From UHGV virus genome UHGV-1374671: 64,000 bases of DNA; one strand, 5' to 3'. This document shows positions 9,290-19,204 of this stretch, piece by piece. The translations under genes were made by a program, and so were the position numbers. Source of the DNA: a virus. Under the pieces are notes generated by a model. It saw only the letters and a list, made by a program, of their open reading frames with translations, made no database searches and had not been told where the DNA came from. How positions within the stretch are numbered: position 1 is the first letter of the stretch; every line of letters begins with the position of its first letter.

Positions 9290-11530
9290 GTGCTTTTGTA
9301 TTTTGATGATCCGGTGTCTCTGACAGGGTGCACGATCGTGCCCTGTTCTCTGGTGCTGAGTTACGCCACCAGCTATGAACTGGTGTTCGAGTGTGTGACC
9401 CGTAATGGGGAACAGCCCATCGATATGGAAGCGCTGGGGCTGTCCTGGTCCGCAGTTGTTACGCCGAGTTTCAGCACGACCGACAAGCCGCTGGCCAAAG
9501 CGTCCATCGCGGCTGACAGCGTGGTCGGCAACAAGATTACTGTGCCGATTGACACTTTCAGCTCGAACTTCTACAAGTACGTGGCCGGTAGGCATGCGGC
9601 TCCGGCCGTGTTCAGTCTGCGCGGATACAAGATCAAGGACGTCGAGTCCACTTGCTCCGCTTCGTTTCAGTTCTGGATACAGGTGCAGGGTCGCCCCAAT
9701 CAGGACTGCATCCCGGACGAGCTGGACATGCTCAGCACTGCGTTGGAGAAGGAGATCAGTGACCGCATGGAAGCCGACGACCTGCTCCAGCAGGAGATCG
9801 ACCAGCTCAAGGACTCCGTCACAGCTGGCGGAGACATGACCAAGGCCGTCTATGACAAGAACGGCAACGGTATAGTTGACAGCGCCGAGAGTATCGGAAC
9901 CGCAACGGCAGTCCAGGTGGAGGACGCTGTCAGCAAGGCCCATGAGCACACCAACAAAGAGACGTTGGACAAGCTCGGCGAGTCCGAGGGCAATCTGGTG
10001 TTCGACGGCAAGGAACTTGTTACGGACACTTCCGCACTGGAACAAGCTATTGCAACCGAGACCCAGGAACGAAAGGACGCGGACGCTGCGCTGACTTCCA
10101 ACGTCACTTCGATCAGCGAGTCCCTGTCTCAGGAATCGACGACGCGTGCCGAGGCGGATGCCAAGCTGACCTCCGATCTGGAGCAATCCGTGTCCGCACT
10201 TCAGACCGCCGATACGGAAACCAATCAGCTTCTGAAGGAAGTGAGGGACGGACTGGAACGGAAGATCGACACTGAGATCAGTGACCGCCAATCTGCGGAC
10301 AGGCAGCTTATCTCCAGTGTGGAAGAGCTCAACAGCACGGTGTCCGAACTGGACACGGCCGTGGGCACTGTACAGGAATCGTTGACCCGGGAAACTGCTG
10401 ACCGTATCGCAGCGGACAATAAATTGACTGAGGACCTGGAACAGGCTGTGACCGGGCTCCAGGCAGCGGATGCCCAGATCACTCAGAAACTTACGGAAAC
10501 GAAGGAAGCGCTGGAACAGAAGATCGCTACCGAGAGCAGCGAACGGAAAGCGGCCGACGAGCAGTTCACAAGCAGCATAAGCGAGATCAACGGTTCAGTG
10601 GCTGAACTGGATGCCTCGGTGGGTACGCTCAATGAGTCACTTGCCCAGGAGACCCAGAACCGAATTGCAGAGGACAGCAAGCTGACAGAGGCCTTGGCTG
10701 CTAAGCTGCCGGTACCGACTGCTGAAGGTGCCGCAGGGCAGCTGTTACGCAAGACTGCGGACGGTACGGAATGGGCTGATATGCCGTTTGTGAAGAGACT
10801 TTCTGTCGGTACAGATTTCGATACTCTGGTTACTCCAGGGGAATACTATATCGATGACAGTGCGACCATACACGGACCGGCTACCACTATAAAAGGTTGG
10901 GTGCGTGTGGATACCGAAGGAGACCTCATCCGACAGACAGTTTACAACCTGTATACTGAGTATACAGAAACCCGTCAGAAGCAAAGCAATACGCAACCCT
11001 GGTCGTCGTGGAAAAAGCAACTGAATTCACTGGACCTCGCTGCGATCAATACGAGCATCAACGACAAGGCTCCGTTGGAGCACACGCATGAGATCACGGA
11101 TGTGATCGGCCTTGAGAATACCCTTCAAGAGCTACAGGACAATACCGCCATTCTCACAGAAGCAGACCCCGCTGTCGACTTGCAGTTCGAGGACTCCGTA
11201 CTGGGGACCGGTTGGGAGCTGAACGGAACAGTCAACATGTTGACTTTTTTCGACCAGGTTTACCAGCTGCAGAAGCTCAAGCTCCGTGTTGTCAGCAAGG
11301 ATCAGACGACCACTGGGAACGTCGTACTGGTTCCAAGTATCAATGATGTGGAACAGGAAGCTGTTGTAGTGCCCGTTTCCGCAGCGCTGACGGTGGTGGA
11401 AGTCCCGGTCAATGGATCAGGGCGGCTTACACTTTCCAGGGCCTCAGAAGACGCGCGTGATACCCTGAAAGGGGAATTCGGTACGGTAGGTATGTTCATC
11501 ACCAACATCTGGAAGGTTTCTGAACTGTGA
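9290..11530 (+). CDS. fibre-like protein: paralogous N-terminal domain, long coiled-coil built from ~65-aa tandem repeats, globular C-terminus
   Basis: GTG start with GGAGG six nt upstream. N-terminal paralogy with ORF 1969. Repeats ...LTEDLEQAVTGLQAADAQITQKLTETKEALEQKIATESSERKAADEQF... are heptad-like. Confidence 0.7.
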   Translation: MLLYFDDPVSLTGCTIVPCSLVLSYATSYELVFECVTRNGEQPIDMEALGLSWSAVVTPSFSTTDKPLAKASIAADSVVGNKITVPIDTFSSNFYKYVAGRHAAPAVFSLRGYKIKDVESTCSASFQFWIQVQGRPNQDCIPDELDMLSTALEKEISDRMEADDLLQQEIDQLKDSVTAGGDMTKAVYDKNGNGIVDSAESIGTATAVQVEDAVSKAHEHTNKETLDKLGESEGNLVFDGKELVTDTSALEQAIATETQERKDADAALTSNVTSISESLSQESTTRAEADAKLTSDLEQSVSALQTADTETNQLLKEVRDGLERKIDTEISDRQSADRQLISSVEELNSTVSELDTAVGTVQESLTRETADRIAADNKLTEDLEQAVTGLQAADAQITQKLTETKEALEQKIATESSERKAADEQFTSSISEINGSVAELDASVGTLNESLAQETQNRIAEDSKLTEALAAKLPVPTAEGAAGQLLRKTADGTEWADMPFVKRLSVGTDFDTLVTPGEYYIDDSATIHGPATTIKGWVRVDTEGDLIRQTVYNLYTEYTETRQKQSNTQPWSSWKKQLNSLDLAAINTSINDKAPLEHTHEITDVIGLENTLQELQDNTAILTEADPAVDLQFEDSVLGTGWELNGTVNMLTFFDQVYQLQKLKLRVVSKDQTTTGNVVLVPSINDVEQEAVVVPVSAALTVVEVPVNGSGRLTLSRASEDARDTLKGEFGTVGMFITNIWKVSEL
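10095..10710 (+). repeat. about three imperfect tandem copies of a ~200-nt unit encoding coiled-coil repeats inside ORF 9290
   Basis: Protein-level repeats: TSNVTSISESLSQESTTRAEADAKLTSDLEQSVSALQTAD / ISSVEELNSTVSELDTAVGTVQESLTRETADRIAADNKLTEDLEQAVTGLQAAD / TSSISEINGSVAELDASVGTLNESLAQETQNRIAEDSKLTEAL. Confidence 0.6.
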
Positions 11531-14250
11531 ACAGCTTTCTGAAATTGGCCAGGGATTCCTCCTGTATACTTGCTGTGCATCCGGCGTTCGGCGGCAGCTG
11601 GTGGAGTCAGCTGCACCCTTCCGACCTGAGATCCTATGACGGGGACCCGATGACCTGGGACGGGTTCACGGACAAGCTGACTGAAATCGGATCCGGGGAT
11701 TGGATTTTTGAAATAAGATTGTATATTAAAGATGGCCTCACCGGCCAGGTGTTTAATAACCAGTCCCAGACTCCACTGAAGCTATTAGATGACCTGGTAT
11801 CGTCGGGTGAGGCCTCTTTTTATATCCGCAACTATGTCACTTTGTCAGAGTGGACTGGCTGGCATGTGATCCGTTTGGAAGTGACAGGCGGGACCGCTTC
11901 GCTGTACCTGGACAACGAGTTCAAGGCGTCCAAGACCACGGGGCTGTCCATTCCTTTCCCGCAGGACAGCGTCACCGCTGCCGATATCGGGATCGACTAC
12001 GCCGTCCTGTTGAAGCCAGACGCCGATGTTCCGGTATGGTATGCGGAGTACAAGGACACTCATGCCAACTACGCCGACAGGGACTTCTCGATCTCGTACC
12101 AGTGGTCTGCTGTTCAGACTGCACTGCGGGGGCTGCCCTGGGAGAACGACTACCATTTCAGGTTCGATTTCACGGTGCCGGAAGATTTTGCGGATGGCAG
12201 TTACTGGCTCATGCTGCAGAGCAACGGACGCGTTGTGGCTACGCTGGACAAGGACACCAGAGGCTCCAGGTTCAGTTTGGGCACCTTTTCGTTTACGAAC
12301 GGCTTGACTGTGTACACACCGTTCCAGCCTTCTTTAGCAGGACGGCACGAGGTGACGCTGGCCGTGGTTGGTACCACGCTGAAGATCACGGTGGACGGCA
12401 CGGAGTATGAACAGACTGGAGAACGTGTTGCTTCTTCGGAATACGACAGGGTAATCACTACTCAGGCTCCAGTTACGTTCCATGCGATAGAACTGGTGGA
12501 CGATACTGCGGGTACCGAGCTGTGGCATGCGACTCATGCAGATCTGTATGTCAAGTACCCGGCGCTGCCCTATCCTGCCGGTATCCAACGTGCACTTCCT
12601 TTCCGTAACTTCGCGGCAGACCCGATGACGTTTACCGATTCGTATACCGCTCAGGACGGAATCGGAACAGATGATTTTACATTGTCTGTCGATTTTACAC
12701 TGCTTAGGGAAAACGCTAGTGGCTACATCAACATTGGCTGTCTGCGCTGCTCTTATTATGCCACTACTAAAGCCTACCAGCCAAGCGTACAGATTTTGAA
12801 AACGGACGGCACAAAAGATGCGTTGTATCCTGTGGGAACTATGCACATAACGGGAGATATCGTCGGCATTAAAGTTATCAAGGTCGGTCAAAATGTGCGT
12901 ATGGTTGTTTATGCCCGTGACGGCAGCACAGTAAAAGACCAGACCAAGCCTCTGCCTGATGGAGCAACAGTGACTTATACGTCAGGAGCTACAACTTATC
13001 CGGGAAACATTTTCGCCGCTTCCATCCGCAACGATACCACCGGGGAAACCGTCTGGCAGGCGGCATACTCCGATCTGTACGACACGTCGAATCCGTGGCC
13101 GTCGCCTGTTCCTGAAAACTTTGCCGAGAAAGCCAAGGCTTTCTATGACTGTCAGGCGGTGGTGCAGGAAGCACTCGATCCGACGCATGATTATAAGTTT
13201 TTACTCGATTTTGAGATTACTAAAGAGAGCGGCGAAGCATCTGTGTTTTATGCCGGAGCTGCTAACTTTCCGTTCGGTGTGTATTGTTACAGCGACAACA
13301 CCATAAGAGTTTTCAGCAACTTGCTAAGGGCAGCTAGCAATCCTACCGCAGAGCACACAGGAAGCATTGCCTACTCCGGTGATACTCGCCTGCAAGGGCG
13401 GCATATCATCGAATTAAACATTGAAGGCGATGCGATGCGCACCTTTTTGAATGGCAGCGAAGTTGCATATACGAGCAATACTGTCAGAACCGGAACCACC
13501 ACTGTTGGGCTTCCAAATTGCAACAGCGGCTACGTGTATAAAATTCAAATCATGGATTTAACCATCGGTTGCACCGTCTGGTCTTACCCGTCCGAGGCGG
13601 AGCGGGTGCGGCTCATCACGAAAACGAACGTCCGCACTGACCGGGGGGCGTTCGAGGCGGCGGACGCCAGCAAGGTGTCCGGCATAACCACAGCACTGGA
13701 CCTGCGAGGAACGCCCGTAGCGCATACGTTCATTGCCAGCGGCTATTTCCCTCTGCCGAACAACGACGGGCTGCTGCACTATTTCCCGTTGCTCACACAG
13801 GGAGCAGCACTGGACGGGACCGGAGATCGGGTTACTGCCGGGTTGTTTGTCAGCGTAGATTACAGAAACCAGCAGACGAGCTGCAATATTAAGGTGGTCT
13901 GGGCAGACTCCTCGTATGCCCTGCACTCAGTTACTGCCTCCGTGGACAGCGAGTTCTTCAACAAGCGACATCTGATTGCAGCCACTATGCGGACAGACAG
14001 GAAAACATCCAAGTGGACGACCGAGCTCTATGTAGATGGCGTTCTTCTTACCAGCGACACCGGAGATGTGACTCGTTTCGTATTCGGCAGCGCCGGCTCA
14101 ACTACGCTGGGCGTTGACTGCATCCAGATACAGGGACGAATTTACACCGGGTTCCTGTCGGAAAGCAATAAGATCGATTACGCGCTTGTGATAGGCCGCG
14201 TACTGTCCGCAGCGGAGATCAAGGTCCTCACACCGGGTACGCAATCATAG
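11527..14250 (+). CDS. large structural protein with several LamG/concanavalin-like jelly-roll domains
   Basis: GTG start overlapping the preceding stop; start is uncertain. LamG-like signatures GWHVIRLEVTGGTASLYLDNEF, GRHEVTLAVVGTTLKITVDGTEY, KWTTELYVDGVLLTSDTGDV. Internal repeat HADLYVKYPALPYP / YSDLYDTSNPWPSP. Confidence 0.6.
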   Translation: MNSFLKLARDSSCILAVHPAFGGSWWSQLHPSDLRSYDGDPMTWDGFTDKLTEIGSGDWIFEIRLYIKDGLTGQVFNNQSQTPLKLLDDLVSSGEASFYIRNYVTLSEWTGWHVIRLEVTGGTASLYLDNEFKASKTTGLSIPFPQDSVTAADIGIDYAVLLKPDADVPVWYAEYKDTHANYADRDFSISYQWSAVQTALRGLPWENDYHFRFDFTVPEDFADGSYWLMLQSNGRVVATLDKDTRGSRFSLGTFSFTNGLTVYTPFQPSLAGRHEVTLAVVGTTLKITVDGTEYEQTGERVASSEYDRVITTQAPVTFHAIELVDDTAGTELWHATHADLYVKYPALPYPAGIQRALPFRNFAADPMTFTDSYTAQDGIGTDDFTLSVDFTLLRENASGYINIGCLRCSYYATTKAYQPSVQILKTDGTKDALYPVGTMHITGDIVGIKVIKVGQNVRMVVYARDGSTVKDQTKPLPDGATVTYTSGATTYPGNIFAASIRNDTTGETVWQAAYSDLYDTSNPWPSPVPENFAEKAKAFYDCQAVVQEALDPTHDYKFLLDFEITKESGEASVFYAGAANFPFGVYCYSDNTIRVFSNLLRAASNPTAEHTGSIAYSGDTRLQGRHIIELNIEGDAMRTFLNGSEVAYTSNTVRTGTTTVGLPNCNSGYVYKIQIMDLTIGCTVWSYPSEAERVRLITKTNVRTDRGAFEAADASKVSGITTALDLRGTPVAHTFIASGYFPLPNNDGLLHYFPLLTQGAALDGTGDRVTAGLFVSVDYRNQQTSCNIKVVWADSSYALHSVTASVDSEFFNKRHLIAATMRTDRKTSKWTTELYVDGVLLTSDTGDVTRFVFGSAGSTTLGVDCIQIQGRIYTGFLSESNKIDYALVIGRVLSAAEIKVLTPGTQS

Positions 14251-14269
14251 GTCGAGGTGACAGCATATC

Positions 14270-15949
14270 ATGATCAAGTACTCTGAAATTCTGACGCCGT
14301 TGCAGCAACACCAGGAAAGAGCCCGGAAACGGGCCCTGGTGCGCGATCTTATCCTGGCTCACTCAACAGGGTCCGGAAAGACTCTCACAGCCATAGCGGC
14401 TGCGGACGCCCTCGGAAAACCCACTACAGTGTTCACGCCGGCGTCCCTGGTTGAGAACTTCCGTAAGGAGCTGGCCAAGCATAAGAAGGGAGGACCTTCG
14501 GTGGAGGTTTGGTCGCTCCCTACCGCAGTGTCCCGCAAGTACAAGGTTCCGGCAGGAAACACGGTCATCATCGACGAGGCCCACGCCTTGCGCAACGAAG
14601 GCACCGCCAGGCAGAAGTACATCAAGGAGCAGCTACAGAACGCCGGCCGCGTGATCGGGCTTACTGGCACTCCGGCATACAACGACATTGCGGATTGGTC
14701 CCAGTTGGTGAATCTGGTTGCACGTAAGCGCGTCGTACCCAGTGACCGCAGCGAGTTCCGCAATCGTTACATCAACGAGCGGGAAGTGCGCCCCGGGCTG
14801 TGGGCCAGGCTTGTTCACGGTGTGAAACCCGGCGTCGTGGACGAGTTGAAGAACGCTGACGAGCTCCGGGAAAAGATGGCGCCCTATGTGGACATCTTCG
14901 ACGCCGACGTCGAGAAGCCGGAGCGGAAGGATGAGGTTATCGAGGTTCCCATGAACCAGCAGCAGATCGGCACCTACAAGTACGTGACGCAGGCCATGCC
15001 TACGGCGCTGTTCTGGAAGCTGACCCACAACCTGCCTCCCAGCAAGGCGGAGGCGAAGTCCCTGAACGCGTTCTATTCCGGCGTCCGACAGGTGGCCAAC
15101 ACACCGGAGGCGTTCTCTGCTGAGCCTGTGGAGCCTGGAGAGAAGATCAAGAGAGCGGTGCAGGAGCTGAAGAAGCGCATGAAGGACAACAAGGGGTTCC
15201 GTGCGCTGGTGTACAGCAATTATCTCGGCTCCGGCATCGATTCCTACGGCAGGTTGCTGGACAAGGAAGGGATACCGTACCGCAAGTTTACCGGTCAGCT
15301 CAGCACTGCTGAAAAGAAGTCCATCGTGGACGCCTACAACAAGGGAGAGGTCCCGGTGATTTTGGGATCCGGCTCGGCGTCGGAAGGGTTGGACTTGAAG
15401 GGCACCAGATTGATTCAGATTCTGGAGCCGCACTTCAACAACGCCAAGACCGACCAGGTGATCGGGCGCGGCATCCGGTACAAGTCTCACGACCATCTTC
15501 CGCCTGATCAGCGCAATGTGACAGTGCAGAAGTACATCAGCACGTTTCCGACCACCAGGAACTGGCTTGGGTTCAAGCGGGAGCCTCAGTCTTCCATTGA
15601 CCAGTACCTGACCAGCAGGGCGGAGGAGAAGGACCAGCTCATAGATCAGGTCAAGAACACACTGATCGACAACACCAAGACAGCAGCATGCAAGTGCAGA
15701 ACAGCGAGGTACGGCTTGAGCAAGATCATTTCATTCTTTGATGTGAAGAACCGCAAAGTGGTACGAGTTCCTATTGAGCAGTGCTACAAGTGCATGTACA
15801 CGCCCCGCAACCACAGCCAGGCCGTTGTGTACGCAGTGCGCGCTGTTACGGAGGACGGCACCAGGCTGACTCGTTTTGTTCCGGCCAAAGAGTACAGAAT
15901 TTTGAAATGCAGGGAATGTGACGAGCATGGCGGACACACCAACATTTGA
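14270..15949 (+). CDS. SNF2/Rad54-family DEAH-box helicase with C-terminal Cys-rich zinc-ribbon-like tail
   Basis: Motif I ILAHSTGSGKTLTA, motif II IIDEAHALRN, motif III LTGTPAYN, motif VI QVIGRGIRY. C-terminus CKCRTARYG...CYKCMY...CRECDEHGGH. Confidence 0.85.
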   Translation: MIKYSEILTPLQQHQERARKRALVRDLILAHSTGSGKTLTAIAAADALGKPTTVFTPASLVENFRKELAKHKKGGPSVEVWSLPTAVSRKYKVPAGNTVIIDEAHALRNEGTARQKYIKEQLQNAGRVIGLTGTPAYNDIADWSQLVNLVARKRVVPSDRSEFRNRYINEREVRPGLWARLVHGVKPGVVDELKNADELREKMAPYVDIFDADVEKPERKDEVIEVPMNQQQIGTYKYVTQAMPTALFWKLTHNLPPSKAEAKSLNAFYSGVRQVANTPEAFSAEPVEPGEKIKRAVQELKKRMKDNKGFRALVYSNYLGSGIDSYGRLLDKEGIPYRKFTGQLSTAEKKSIVDAYNKGEVPVILGSGSASEGLDLKGTRLIQILEPHFNNAKTDQVIGRGIRYKSHDHLPPDQRNVTVQKYISTFPTTRNWLGFKREPQSSIDQYLTSRAEEKDQLIDQVKNTLIDNTKTAACKCRTARYGLSKIISFFDVKNRKVVRVPIEQCYKCMYTPRNHSQAVVYAVRAVTEDGTRLTRFVPAKEYRILKCRECDEHGGHTNI

Positions 15950-16160
15950 ACAGGCCAGGGACAGCTATAACAGAGCCCTTCAGATGGGCGCCCGTTTCCG
16001 TCCGCGTTCGGTAATACAGGACCGTGCGGCACGTCAGGAGCGCATGCGGCAGTTCTTTCAGAGGCGTATGGTCAGGTCGCCGCAGATCGGGTTCAAGGAG
16101 GAAAACCAGAGCAAGGTTCCGTTCGGCAAACTGCTGTCGATTCCCAGCCGGTTTGGTTGA
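15927..16160 (+). CDS. small Arg-rich hypothetical protein (doubtful)
   Basis: Complete ORF overlapping the helicase 3' end. Weak RBS. Confidence 0.25.
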   Translation: MADTPTFEQARDSYNRALQMGARFRPRSVIQDRAARQERMRQFFQRRMVRSPQIGFKEENQSKVPFGKLLSIPSRFG

Positions 16161-16206
16161 ACAGACAATGACGGCCCGTTATTGATAAAGGTGAGGAAAC
16201 TGGAAA

Positions 16207-16470
16207 ATGGCGACAGAAGAACATATCCATGCGTTACCCAGGCGGCTGGCCGACATCCGCATGATCTATCCGGAAGGCGTAATGGTCTTCGATGTGAACG
16301 AGAAGCGTATCTACATCGGTGACGGACATACTGCCGGCGGCCTGCCTCTGCCTGATACAGCTGAGCTTCTGTCCATCCTGAGCCAGTTCGAGGAGTTCAG
16401 GGCGGAAATGAAGGACCTGGAGGCGCGCATGGTGGCCATAGCCAGGCAGCAGGCAATTATTTTCGGATAG
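16207..16470 (+). CDS. small protein that is a free-standing copy of the N-terminal module of the giant fibre ORF 32325
   Basis: SD GGTGAGGAA. HIHALPRRLADIRMIYPEGVMVFDVNEKRIYIGDGHTAGGLPLP aligns with HYHQLPLITGTDIVYEEALPLWDMNAKRIIVGDGVTPGGVRIP. Confidence 0.55.
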   Translation: MATEEHIHALPRRLADIRMIYPEGVMVFDVNEKRIYIGDGHTAGGLPLPDTAELLSILSQFEEFRAEMKDLEARMVAIARQQAIIFG

Positions 16471-16481
16471 AGGATCAGAGC

Positions 16482-17267
16482 ATGGCATACAAGAACTACA
16501 CGGCGATAACGGAAGGCGCACCTGAAACCGAAGTCACCGGTTTCGACACGGAGCAGGACGAGTTCAACGGGGTGTACAGCCTGGTCAACAAGCAGGCCAG
16601 CGCCAAGAACCGTCGCTGGATCAAGGACACCAGCATCATCGCCTTCAACTTCGACCAGTCCATCCAGCGCTGGGAGATCTACAAGCAGAGATCTCCTGCC
16701 AAGATCGCGGCGAACAGCGTTTCCTACACCAGGAATACCGCCAACGATACGGAGACCTCAGTCGGATGGGCCAACGGCAGCACCTGGCGGTATACGGCGA
16801 AAGCCAACCCGTCCACCAGCGACTACGCCTATACGGATCCGGAACTGTCCAACACCGAAACCAGGGAACGCATTACCCAGTACGTGCAGGAATCCCGGGA
16901 CGTGGCTGCTTATTCCACTGAGGAAACGGCGGTGGACGATCCGATCAACTGCGCCTGGACTGTCGGTACCGTGGTGCTGGTCGCCGTGGCGGTCTCTCAG
17001 CAGATCATCCCGGCTGTGCCAGGCAAGGAAGTGGCGATCATCACCGTGGAGGCATACAATCAGTCCGACGCAGACGGTAATCTGACGTTCATACGAAAGA
17101 ATCCGGATGGTGACATCGTGTTTCAGTTCTCCATCGGGCTGGTCTCATTGGAGACCGTTGCCATGAACCACAAAATGCTGATTCCGGAGGGGTACACTAT
17201 GGAGGTGTCCGCGACTGTGCGCGGCATCCGGGTGTGTCTGAACTGCAGCGAGACCGAGGTGGTGTAG
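16482..17267 (+). CDS. hypothetical protein
   Basis: SD GAGGA. Complete ORF, no recognised domain. Confidence 0.55.
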   Translation: MAYKNYTAITEGAPETEVTGFDTEQDEFNGVYSLVNKQASAKNRRWIKDTSIIAFNFDQSIQRWEIYKQRSPAKIAANSVSYTRNTANDTETSVGWANGSTWRYTAKANPSTSDYAYTDPELSNTETRERITQYVQESRDVAAYSTEETAVDDPINCAWTVGTVVLVAVAVSQQIIPAVPGKEVAIITVEAYNQSDADGNLTFIRKNPDGDIVFQFSIGLVSLETVAMNHKMLIPEGYTMEVSATVRGIRVCLNCSETEVV

Positions 17268-17830
17268 TGTTTATCAGCCTGTCCAGGACCAGCTTCGAGG
17301 AAGTGGAGTCGACGGACCTGGCCGGAATAAAGCCCTGGCCGGTGCGCCGGGGCCTGCTGTATCAGGACGCTGTTGCTCAGCAGGAATTCTACTCCTACGA
17401 CAGGGCTGCGCTTCTGTGGGAACAGGTGCTGACTGTGGAAGGCAAGCCCAGCATCGTGATCAAGACCCAGAAGCTGAACATGGGGGAAGGCACGCCTACC
17501 CAGGTGCAGATGGCGCTCTATTACTTCTGGGTCAGGATGCGCGGCTACTTCATTTCAGATCGACCGCAGGAGATCCAGTTCGGGGCATCGTTTCAGGCCA
17601 TGCAGCTGGCGCTGAAAGTGGGAAACTACGAAGGCTTCCTGGAAGTGCAGTCGGAGTCCAGGGACAGCAGGTTCTTCACTGCTGAGCTCGGGGTCGGGCG
17701 TTACCCGTTCGAGTTTTACGGGAGATACGGACGTGACACCCGCAGACAGGCCGCCTATCAGCTTCGGTACAGGAACAGCGGTGACGATGATTGGCAGGAC
17801 GTCCATGTGAATCAGTTCTCCCCTGAGTAG
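17267..17830 (+). CDS. MFxxSR-family small protein 1 of 4, PA14-like segment
   Basis: GTG at 17267 overlaps the upstream TAG and gives MFISLSRTSF, matching the N-terminus of the next three paralogues. The track start at 17234 lies inside the upstream gene. YYFWVRMRGYFISDRPQEIQFG resembles PA14. Confidence 0.5.
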   Translation: MFISLSRTSFEEVESTDLAGIKPWPVRRGLLYQDAVAQQEFYSYDRAALLWEQVLTVEGKPSIVIKTQKLNMGEGTPTQVQMALYYFWVRMRGYFISDRPQEIQFGASFQAMQLALKVGNYEGFLEVQSESRDSRFFTAELGVGRYPFEFYGRYGRDTRRQAAYQLRYRNSGDDDWQDVHVNQFSPE

Positions 17831-17838
17831 GAGGACGC

Positions 17839-18528
17839 ATGTTCGTAGTTACAAGACCGAAAGCAACCCCTCCCGACGTCAGGCTGGTGCGCATTCCGCA
17901 GGCAGACATCTTCAGGAACTCCCCCAGGACCAAGCTGGTGGAAACCTCGCGTAATGGTTACACCCAGACCCAGGAACGGTTTGGTGTTCGCAACACTGAC
18001 AATATCGGCAGCGTTCCTTCCTATGATGCCGATATGATGGACGGTCTCAGCAGAGCTCCTGTTTCATTGCTGGTGTGCCCCGTCAACATGACCGGGTATA
18101 CACAGGACAACTGGGTTGTCAGCGCATCTTCCGAGAAATACGGAGATACGCTGGCCTGGATGGCGTTCAACCCCGAGGACGGCTGGCGTACCAGCGAGTG
18201 GGGCTGCAATTCAAGCATACCATGCTGGCTGCAGTGGACCAACACGAGCAGGTCGGTACGGGTGCGGGAGTACGTCATACAGGGCTCCGCCAGCTATGGA
18301 GGCCCTCTGGCATGGCGACTGGAAGGGAAGAACGCGGAAGACGACGGGTGGACCATACTGGATTCCAGGACAGAGAGCTCCTGGCCCAACAAGACGACCA
18401 GGACATATCAGATCCCGGACAACAAGGCCAGGTTTACAAGTCACAGACTATACTTCACCAGGGCCACCGACGGTGACAATCCGATTGCCTGCGTCTGGGC
18501 GTATTCTGAAGTAAGGGAGGACTCGTAA
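17839..18528 (+). CDS. MFxxTR-family small protein 2 of 4, discoidin (F5/8 type C)-like
   Basis: SD AGGAGGA. N-terminus MFVVTRPK. GCNSSIPCWLQWTNTSRSVRVREYVIQG...GWTILDSR resembles the F5/8 type C core. Confidence 0.6.
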   Translation: MFVVTRPKATPPDVRLVRIPQADIFRNSPRTKLVETSRNGYTQTQERFGVRNTDNIGSVPSYDADMMDGLSRAPVSLLVCPVNMTGYTQDNWVVSASSEKYGDTLAWMAFNPEDGWRTSEWGCNSSIPCWLQWTNTSRSVRVREYVIQGSASYGGPLAWRLEGKNAEDDGWTILDSRTESSWPNKTTRTYQIPDNKARFTSHRLYFTRATDGDNPIACVWAYSEVREDS

Positions 18529-18529
18529 T

Positions 18530-19204
18530 ATGTTTCTGGTTACCAGAGAACGATTGGAGCCCCCGGCGCAGAACCTGATTCGCAACACGGTCGTACCATT
18601 CAAGGGCGACAACCGGATACTGGGAGGACAGGAGGAACGCTTCCAGACCCAGACTGCTCAGCGCTTCCTGTTCAGGTCGTCTTACAGCGGCGGCATCAGG
18701 GCCACGTCCGATCCGGATATGGTGAAGGGCGTGTGGCAGGCCTCCCTGCCGAAAGGCAGCGGCACATGGGTCGATCCGTTTACCTGGGATATGAACTGCG
18801 AGTCCGGCAGGATGTCCAGCTACGTGGTCACCACCTTCGATACGTCTGTACGCCGTGCCCAGGTGTTCTTTGCCGTGAAGTTCCTGGCCAATGTCAAGTA
18901 CAGGATCGGCACGCACTATGTTTCCGGTGACCAGAGCGACATGTACATGTACCTGTGGGAGCCGGATGCGGAAGGCTGGAAGAGTGGTGGCAGCAATGGA
19001 AGACTGGCATATGATGACGACTCCAATTGGACTGTCAACGGCAAGCCATGCAATGCTGCCTTTGAGTACACGAGCGCAACTGACAGGATGTTGATTGTAG
19101 GGCCGGGTTGCTACAGGGATTACGCGGGTACGCAGCTGACACTGGAGTTCGATCCCGCGCCTGGCATCCTCCAGTACCATGACTTGACTGAAAGGGAAAT
19201 CTGA
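18530..19204 (+). CDS. MFxxTR-family small protein 3 of 4
   Basis: SD AGGGAGGA. N-terminus MFLVTRER. Confidence 0.55.
   Translation: MFLVTRERLEPPAQNLIRNTVVPFKGDNRILGGQEERFQTQTAQRFLFRSSYSGGIRATSDPDMVKGVWQASLPKGSGTWVDPFTWDMNCESGRMSSYVVTTFDTSVRRAQVFFAVKFLANVKYRIGTHYVSGDQSDMYMYLWEPDAEGWKSGGSNGRLAYDDDSNWTVNGKPCNAAFEYTSATDRMLIVGPGCYRDYAGTQLTLEFDPAPGILQYHDLTEREI

Noticed and set aside
9218-10291. 357-aa minus-strand ORF (and 10225-11020 minus-strand ORFs)
   Set aside because: Antisense to the coiled-coil fibre 9290-11530, with Ser/Leu/Ala repeats mirroring the sense-strand repeats.
14633-15496. 287-aa minus-strand ORF
   Set aside because: Antisense to the SNF2 helicase gene.
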